Origin: Nitrospirota bacterium
GTDB lineage: Bacteria > Nitrospirota > JACRHJ01
NCBI GenBank assembly: GCA_963733375.1
Contig: CAVTDB010000003.1
Location: forward strand, 282,852 to 346,851
Length of the DNA stretch: 64,000 nt
Reading direction: 5' to 3'
Shown piece by piece: positions 58,024-64,000 of this stretch. Made by a program: the position numbers and the translations under genes. Each line of letters begins with the position of its first letter. Position 1 is the stretch's first letter. The notes under the pieces were generated by a model. That model saw only the letters and a list, made by a program, of their open reading frames with translations, had not been told where the DNA came from and made no database searches.

Positions 58024-58413
58024 CTATCGCCCCTCAACTACGTGAAGCTTTACGTTGAAACTCTTGAGCGCATTGCTCTTTCCTTCCCACCTCCTGTAAT
58101 ACAGCATCCGCAGTTCAGTGTCGCCAGGCTTGAACGCTTCCAAGAGCCAGGTTTGAACCATTTCTCCCCCGACCTTGCCCCTGCCGCCCTCGTACACTGA
58201 TTTCTTATCTATAAATCGAAGTATATTCGTGTCAAGATATTCCGAGTGCCACTCATAACCCGTGCCCCCCTGTGCAATTAGGACCAGCTTAACCTTCTCT
58301 CCGACATTTACTTGCGCCTCGCGGTTGTTGTCAGTGATAGCCAACTCCAGAACTTTTTTCCCGTCTATGCGGCAAACTGTGAACATTATCAGTGTTAAAA
58401 TAATTATCTTCAT
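58024..58413 (-). CDS. Chagasin-family (I42) cysteine protease inhibitor
   Basis: Signal-like N-terminus and the three chagasin loops 'GGTGYEW', 'KVGG' and 'YYRRWE'. Confidence 0.8.
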   Translation of the reverse strand: MKIIILTLIMFTVCRIDGKKVLELAITDNNREAQVNVGEKVKLVLIAQGGTGYEWHSEYLDTNILRFIDKKSVYEGGRGKVGGEMVQTWLLEAFKPGDTELRMLYYRRWEGKSNALKSFNVKLHVVEGR

Positions 58414-58681
58414 TATAATCGCAAATAAATAATACTTGTATTATAACACTGCCCCTGGGATTATGCAAAAACCATAGATAGTAGAGCTTCCTAACAAATA
58501 CGATTAAAAAGCCCCAAAGCTATACTTATCAAGGACCAACATAAATCAGTGAATCTTATATAGATTCTTTTATAGAAGATGCAAAAACTTTAGAAGATTT
58601 AGTACTAACTTTCCCGCAACCCCCATTGCGGGTTTTTTGAAATTATTTGAATATTCCATGGTTGTGCTATATCATATTGAG

Positions 58682-59122
58682 ATGGACAATTATCCCGCGA
58701 TCAAGAATTTAGCCCGCTGGTTGATCGCTCACGAGTTATGTGAGGCCAATCCCTCCGAGGCAACAGCTACGCCGGCGGCTTGCATTTGCGTCTGCGACAA
58801 GCTGCGCAAGCCCCTGTCCACGCTCGCGGGAGTCGCCGGGTACAAAGCCCTCGTTTCCCGCGCCCTGGCGCTGGCGAAGGCGGAGATTCCCTCGCTTGGC
58901 TCATTACGGGTCGGGGAAGATGGAACTTTAGAGGTGCCGGGCTCCGCCGAGCCGGAGCGGCGCGCGGACAAAGGCGCGGAGGGCGAAGCGGCGCTCGTGT
59001 CACAGTTGCTCGGGCTGCTCGCCACATTTATAGGCATAGGTTTGACGATGCAACTGGTGCGCGACGCGTGGCCGGATGCGCCCTTTGAGGGCATTGGTTC
59101 TGAAACGGAGAAAGAACAATGA
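58682..59122 (+). CDS. Hypothetical helical protein translationally coupled to the KaiC-like ATPase
   Basis: ATG at 58682 follows TTGAAT-17-TATCAT; ATGA overlap with the next gene. Confidence 0.75.
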   Translation: MDNYPAIKNLARWLIAHELCEANPSEATATPAACICVCDKLRKPLSTLAGVAGYKALVSRALALAKAEIPSLGSLRVGEDGTLEVPGSAEPERRADKGAEGEAALVSQLLGLLATFIGIGLTMQLVRDAWPDAPFEGIGSETEKEQ

Positions 59123-60633
59123 GCGGACAAGGCAAAGCGGTCATTAATAAACTGCCGACCGGTGTCCCGGGCTTAGATGAGATCATGGGCGGCGGCCTCC
59201 CGGAATACTCTTTCAACATCATCGCGGGCACACCGGGATGCGGAAAGACCACGTTTGCGCATCAATTCGTGTTCGCCAATGCGACGCCGGAGCACCCCAC
59301 GCTCTATTTCACCGTCCTGGGCGAACCCGCCTTGAAAATGCTGCGTTACCAGCAGCAGTATACGTTCTTCGACCATGAGAAGTTATCCAGATCCATCCGT
59401 TTTATAAACCTGAGCCAGGTCGTGCTGGAGAAGGACCTGAGCGCAGTCCTGGACGAGATTTCCCGAGAGGTCGAGGCGGCCAGCCCCGGCATAGTCGTCG
59501 TTGACTCTTTTCGTACCGTGGTGCGCAAGGCCCAGGGCGGCGCCAGCGAAACGGAACTGCAGGGTTTCGTCCAGCGGCTGGCGTTGCACCTGACCAGTTG
59601 GCAGGCCACGACTTTTCTGTTAGGTGAATATTCGGATGTGGAAATACGCGATAACCCGGTGTTCACCGTCGCCGACGGCCTCTTCTGGCTCTACCAGAAC
59701 GTGGAGCGGAATTCCATTGTACGCAAGCTCCAGATAATGAAACTGCGCGGGCAGGCCTCCGTGCCCGGCCTGCATACCTTTCGCATTACCGACGCGGGAC
59801 TTCAGACTTTCCCGCGCACCCTGGGCTTGACCGGAAGAAAAGAGAAAAAAACCGCCCGGAAGCGCCTTTCCATCGGCATCCCCGAGCTGGACAATATGAT
59901 GGGCGGGGGGATCCCCGAAGGGGACAGCGTCCTGGTGGCAGGCCCCTCCGGCTCGGGGAAATCGGTCCTGGCGACCCAGTTCATAGCCGATGGATTGCGT
60001 CATGGGGAGCCGGCCATTGCGGCGGTATTCGAAGAACGTCCGCAGGAGTACGCGACGCGGGCAAAGAGCTTCGGCCTGGACCTGGAAACGCCGCAGAAAG
60101 AGGGCAAACTCCATATCCTATACCTCCGTCCGCTCGACCTCTCGGTGGACGAGACCATGCAGGAGATACTCGATGCCGTCCAGAAATTAGGCGCCAAACG
60201 CCTGGTAATCGATTCGTTGGCCGGTTTCGAGATGGCGCTGGCGCCCGGCTTCCGGGAGGACTTCCGGGAATCGCTCTACCGGATGATGGGCGCTTTGACG
60301 GGGATCGGGGTGACGATTTTAAGCACGGTCGAGACGACGGAATCCTATAACTTGTTCCCCTTCAGTGCCTACTCGATATCGTTTCTGACAGACGATATTA
60401 TCCGGCTTCGTTACGTGGAGATAGAGGGCCAGTTTCGGACGATCCTCACCGTCATCAAGATGCGGGGCGGCAAACACAGCCGCGACATCCGCGAATATGA
60501 AATTACCGATGGAGGGATGGCCATCATAGGCCCTCGCTTCGAAGGCTACCGGGCCTTGACCACCGGGATACCAGAGCGGCTTAACGAGAGCTCCCAAAAA
60601 CAGCCCCCGGAGAAGCCTGCGGGCAAGAAATAG
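59119..60633 (+). CDS. KaiC-like double-domain RecA-superfamily ATPase
   Basis: Two domains: 'TGVPGLD..GG..GTPGCGKT..VVDS..KLRG' and 'GIPELD..GG..GPSGSGKS..FEE..VIDS..KMRG'. Confidence 0.92.
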   Translation: MSGQGKAVINKLPTGVPGLDEIMGGGLPEYSFNIIAGTPGCGKTTFAHQFVFANATPEHPTLYFTVLGEPALKMLRYQQQYTFFDHEKLSRSIRFINLSQVVLEKDLSAVLDEISREVEAASPGIVVVDSFRTVVRKAQGGASETELQGFVQRLALHLTSWQATTFLLGEYSDVEIRDNPVFTVADGLFWLYQNVERNSIVRKLQIMKLRGQASVPGLHTFRITDAGLQTFPRTLGLTGRKEKKTARKRLSIGIPELDNMMGGGIPEGDSVLVAGPSGSGKSVLATQFIADGLRHGEPAIAAVFEERPQEYATRAKSFGLDLETPQKEGKLHILYLRPLDLSVDETMQEILDAVQKLGAKRLVIDSLAGFEMALAPGFREDFRESLYRMMGALTGIGVTILSTVETTESYNLFPFSAYSISFLTDDIIRLRYVEIEGQFRTILTVIKMRGGKHSRDIREYEITDGGMAIIGPRFEGYRALTTGIPERLNESSQKQPPEKPAGKK

Positions 60634-60642
60634 GCAAATATC

Positions 60643-62127
60643 ATGGGCGCAAAAAAAAATGCCCGCGCGGAGGACTCGATGCCCGAACTGCTCTTTAAGT
60701 ACTCGCCCCTGCCCATGGCCGCCGTGGAAGGGGACGGGCATATTGTGAGGTATGTCAACCCCGCCTTCTGCCGCCTGCTCGGGAAGAAGTGCGAAGAGAT
60801 GGCCGGAATCCACTTCGCCCAGGCCGTGCCCGAGGCGGAGGCATGCCTGCCCGTCCTTGACCGGGTGTACAGCACGGGAAAGCCTGAAGAATGCGAGGCC
60901 GGCTGGTCTTATGCGATGTGGGCGGTCCCGGGCGCGGGGGGACACCAGGCGGGGGTCGTGGTCCTGGTGACGAATAAGACCGGGGACGTGCGGTTCCGCG
61001 AGCAGGCCGCCGCGATGAACCAGGAGCTGATGCTTTCCGTGGTGCGGCAGCATGAACTTACAGAATCCCTCAGCGCTTCGGAGCTTAGTTACAGGCGGAT
61101 ATTCGAAAGCGCAAAGGACGGGATACTGTTGCTGGACGCGGATAACGCCACGGTTTACGATGTAAATCCTTCCTTGATGAAAACGCTTGGTTATTCCCAC
61201 GAGGATATGGTCGGGAAGGAGTTTTGGGAAACAGGCCCTATAAAAAATATTGAAAAGGCAAATGCCGCGTTTAAGGAACTGTTGAAAAAAGACTCGGCCC
61301 GCTATGAAAACCTGCCGCTGGAAACCAGCGATGGCCGCATTATCGAGGTGGAGGTCATAAGCAGCGTTTATGAGATCGGTAATACAAGACTCGTCCAGTG
61401 CAACTTCCGCGACATTTCAGAAAGAAAAGTGCTGGAGGCGCAGAAGGCCGATTTCTACGCAATGATTACGCATGACGTGAAGAGCCCTCTTACCAGCATA
61501 CTGGGTTATTCCGAACTTCTTATGTCCAAGGCCGATAAGTATGACGCCGACACAAACGAGATGATTGCCGCGATAATGAGAAGCGGCGAGCGGATTAACC
61601 ACCTGATTGAAAACTTTCTGGCTATCTCAAAAATGGAATCCGCGAAAGTTGTTCTAAATACCGCTCCAACCGATATAGCCGCGCTCCTGCGGGATGCCTG
61701 CTCGGAAATTGAAAATGCTGTACAAAAAAAGAAGCTCGATTTAAAAATAGAAATACCCGACGGCCTGCCGGAAGCGGCGGTGGATTCCAGGTTAATCCAG
61801 CGGGCAGTCTTGAACCTGCTTCATAATGCGGTTAATTACACACCCGCCCCCGGGACAATCGCTCTTAAAGCGGTGTTTGACGGCAAGGATTTCATAATTA
61901 TTTCCGTAACGGATACAGGGAAGGGAATAACCGCCAGCGAGCAGAAAGCCGTATTTGAAAAATATTACCGCTCTAAAAAAACCGCAAGGGTTAAGGGCAG
62001 CGGCCTCGGGCTCGCCATTGTAAAGGCCGCCGCTGAAGCGCACGGCGGCCGGGTCGAAGTAGAGAGCGAGCCCGGCAAGGGAAGCACGTTCAGGTTATTC
62101 ATCCCGGTTAAAGGAGCTGGGGGATAG
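60643..62127 (+). CDS. PAS-PAS-HisKA-HATPase cytoplasmic histidine kinase
   Basis: PAS 'YVNPAF', 'HDVKSPLT', 'NLLHNAVNYT' and 'GSGLGLAIVK'. Confidence 0.92.
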   Translation: MGAKKNARAEDSMPELLFKYSPLPMAAVEGDGHIVRYVNPAFCRLLGKKCEEMAGIHFAQAVPEAEACLPVLDRVYSTGKPEECEAGWSYAMWAVPGAGGHQAGVVVLVTNKTGDVRFREQAAAMNQELMLSVVRQHELTESLSASELSYRRIFESAKDGILLLDADNATVYDVNPSLMKTLGYSHEDMVGKEFWETGPIKNIEKANAAFKELLKKDSARYENLPLETSDGRIIEVEVISSVYEIGNTRLVQCNFRDISERKVLEAQKADFYAMITHDVKSPLTSILGYSELLMSKADKYDADTNEMIAAIMRSGERINHLIENFLAISKMESAKVVLNTAPTDIAALLRDACSEIENAVQKKKLDLKIEIPDGLPEAAVDSRLIQRAVLNLLHNAVNYTPAPGTIALKAVFDGKDFIIISVTDTGKGITASEQKAVFEKYYRSKKTARVKGSGLGLAIVKAAAEAHGGRVEVESEPGKGSTFRLFIPVKGAGG

Positions 62128-62136
62128 GAGCGCATC

Positions 62137-62223
62137 GTGAATACGGGACCAAAACCCCACGGGGATGAAGAGGACGCGCGGTTCCGGGAGCAGGCCGCCC
62201 AGATGAACCAGGAGTTGACCTGA
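62137..62223 (+). other. 28-aa mini-ORF (or gene remnant) duplicating the inter-PAS helix of the upstream kinase
   Basis: GGAG RBS and GTG start give MNTGPKPHGDEEDARFREQAAQMNQELT; nt 62172-62218 match 60984-61030 at 42/47. Confidence 0.5.
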
Positions 62224-62321
62224 ATCAGGCCGCACGCGACTTTCGACTCGATTGGTAAAGCTTAAAGGAAAATCCGCACTAGTAAGGGACGGTTATCCTG
62301 CATCGGCAGGGGCAGTTTCAC

Positions 62322-62358
62322 AAAAAATATGGGCACCCATTCAGGTGTGCCCATATTT
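62322..62358 (-). terminator. Rho-independent terminator directly after a tRNA-like 3' end
   Basis: Minus strand: aaatatgggcac...gtgcccatatttttt. Confidence 0.7.
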
Positions 62359-62367
62359 GGAGTGAAC

Positions 62368-62466
62368 TGGCTCCCCAGCGTGGACGCTATCAGAACTTTA
62401 TTGCTTGAGCCAACAGGGGAGTTACTGAGTACCTTGGCCATAGCAAAAGAACTGTCATTTCAATGA
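62368..62466. mobile_element. Probable attachment junction of a tRNA-integrated element extending to the right
   Basis: GGGGAGCCA on the minus strand (62376-62368) is a tRNA-Asn/Gln-like acceptor end with no T-arm behind it. The plus strand encodes the orphan fragment WLPSVDAIRTLLL. The sequence to the right is visibly more AT-rich. Confidence 0.5.
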
Positions 62467-62559
62467 GTTAATATTTAATCTGTAATCAGAAACAGCCTTC
62501 CCAACTCTGTCTTCTCGACTTCATAAACGAGGAAACCACCAAGGGTGTATTCCGCAGAT

Positions 62560-63703
62560 CTACACCCTCGTGCCCTCGGCCAGGATATTAATATAATCGA
62601 TGTAGAGGTATCTACGGCCCCTCTTCTTCCCGGTGATCTCCTTCAGAATACCAGCCCTCTCAAGTTGGACTACCAGCTTTCCCGCCGACTGGTAGGATAT
62701 GCTGAATTCCTTTGCTACCTCGGTTACGGAGACATAAGGCTTGGAATAGAGGCTTTCCAGTATTCCTACCGCATATGGCGAAGAGATTTTCTTTTGCCAT
62801 AGTAACTGTCTGTGGCTCGTCTGTAGCTCCAGAATCCGCCTGGATGTCTCGATAGCGGAGTCTGCAGTCTCTATGACGCCTTCGAGAAAGAAAGTCAGCC
62901 ACTGTTCGTAATCCCCTTTTACTCTCACCATGCTCAGCCGGTCATAGTATTCCTGCCTGTGTTTCTTGAAGAAGAAGCTGAGGTAAAGGAGTGGCCTGTG
63001 GAGCACCCCTTTCCAGTACAGGTAGAATGTAATCAGAAGGCGTCCAAGCCTGCCGTTGCCGTCGAGGAATGGGTGTATCGTCTCGAATTGGTAATGCACC
63101 AGGGCGCAGTCAATGAGTACGGGCAAACCCTTCTTGGCATGCAGGTATTTTTCGAGTTCTCCCAAAGTCTTCACTGCTTCATGCGGGGGTGGGGGAACAA
63201 AAGACGCATCCTGGAGTGTACACCCGGCGGGGCCTATCCAGTTCTGTGTCTTCCTGAACTCTCCAGGCTGTTTTTTCCCTCCACGCACGCCTTTCATCAG
63301 CGTCTCATGGATCTCTTTAATGAGTCTGAGGCTCATGGGCAGGCTGTCCAGCCTTTCCATGCCATAATTTAGGGCCTTGATGTAATTAACAACCTCTTCC
63401 ACGTCGTTAATGTTTTCCGGCGTCTCCCCGCTTTCAAACTCAAACAGATCTTCCAATGAAGCCTGTGTACCTTCTATCTGGGAACTCAGCAGCGCCTCTT
63501 TCCTCACGTACATGGCTATGAAAAGATCCACGTTGGGCAATATACGGCCCATGCCATCCAGACGCGCCAGAGACATATCCGCTTTTGAGAGCAGGTTCTG
63601 TAGATCGCCTTCAAGTTTTATGGGAGGGTTCGGTGGCAGTGGCGCGGGAATGAACGCCTTATAACCCGGTTGGTTGGTTTACGTATGTTCCGCTTCTGTT
63701 CAA
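62560..63703 (-). CDS. Fic family protein (N-terminal Fic_N region, inhibitory motif, C-terminal wHTH); indel near 63665
   Basis: 'HPFLDGNGRLGR' and 'SSQIEG'; TTG start at 63703 behind AAGGAG gives MNRSGTYV..GYKAFIPAPLPP. Confidence 0.92.
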
Positions 63704-63712
63704 TAATCCACT

Positions 63713-63779
63713 CCTTATTCAAGTTTAGTTAAATAAGGTAGCACAAAACATGGCGTTATTCAACTATAATTCAATAAGG
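63713..63779. promoter_or_regulatory. Two palindromic operator-like boxes upstream of the Fic gene
   Basis: ccttattcaa-gtttag-ttaaataagg and cgttattcaa-ctataa-ttcaataagg, plus a half-site cttattgaa near 63796. Confidence 0.55.
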
Positions 63780-64000
63780 GATCGCGAGGTGTATTCTTAT
63801 TGAAGCAGATGGAATTAGTGCCCGGGGGAGCCATGCCAAGGATATGCAGGATAGCATTGTAAAACAACAACATCAAAACATTGTAATAGCGTCGCCGTAA
63901 TCGGCATCCAATATCGACCGGTCGGTATTTAGCGCCAATGGTGGATTATTATTGTATGCGGGTTAACAACTGCTATGATTGGGAGCTGTTACACAAAAAA

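Noticed and set aside
59119-60633. A true circadian kaiC clock gene
   Set aside because: No kaiA or kaiB is adjacent, the ST phosphosite pair reads SF, and the CI EE motif is altered.
63821-63833. Second tRNA-like end (CCCGGGGGAGCCA on the plus strand) as the partner att site
   Set aside because: It is inverted relative to 62368-62376, has no T-arm and matches only 9 bp, so it is plausibly chance.

Overview
A GC-rich bacterial chromosomal segment. The gene content suggests an anaerobe of the Nitrospirota/Desulfobacterota type, but this is inference only. Single-base indels break many genes, including housekeeping ones (metG, metH, moaA, moaC, pcrA), so the split ORFs are read as consensus errors rather than pseudogenes. 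From left to right: (1) a type II secretion/type IV pilus-like operon (pilC/gspF, an ATPase with a receiver domain and MshEN-like motifs, PilM/N/O/P-like genes, and a TPR-secretin-cohesin running off the left edge); (2) a DUF1858 gene, a triheme c7-type cytochrome, a repeat-domain exported protein, DUF1003, a GAF/HD-GYP protein and two TPR proteins; (3) core genes metG, ricT, holB, tmk, metH, DUF502, glmU, glmS, pcrA, SurA-N, moaC and moaA, with REP-like hairpin doublets between some of them; (4) a six-gene Ehr (hydrogenase-related, no NiFe ligands) complex; (5) an accessory region with a HI0933 flavoprotein, a P-type ATPase, four paralogous cytoplasmic PAS histidine kinases, an SPFH protein, a large secreted papain-like protease with five ~435-bp tandem repeats next to a chagasin-type inhibitor, and a cassette of small protein, KaiC-like ATPase and PAS kinase; (6) a probable tRNA-3'-end attachment junction followed by a Fic gene. 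The strongest candidates for an under-described system are the KaiC-like cassette, which is followed by a mini-ORF duplicating one kinase helix, and the receiver+MshEN secretion ATPase.
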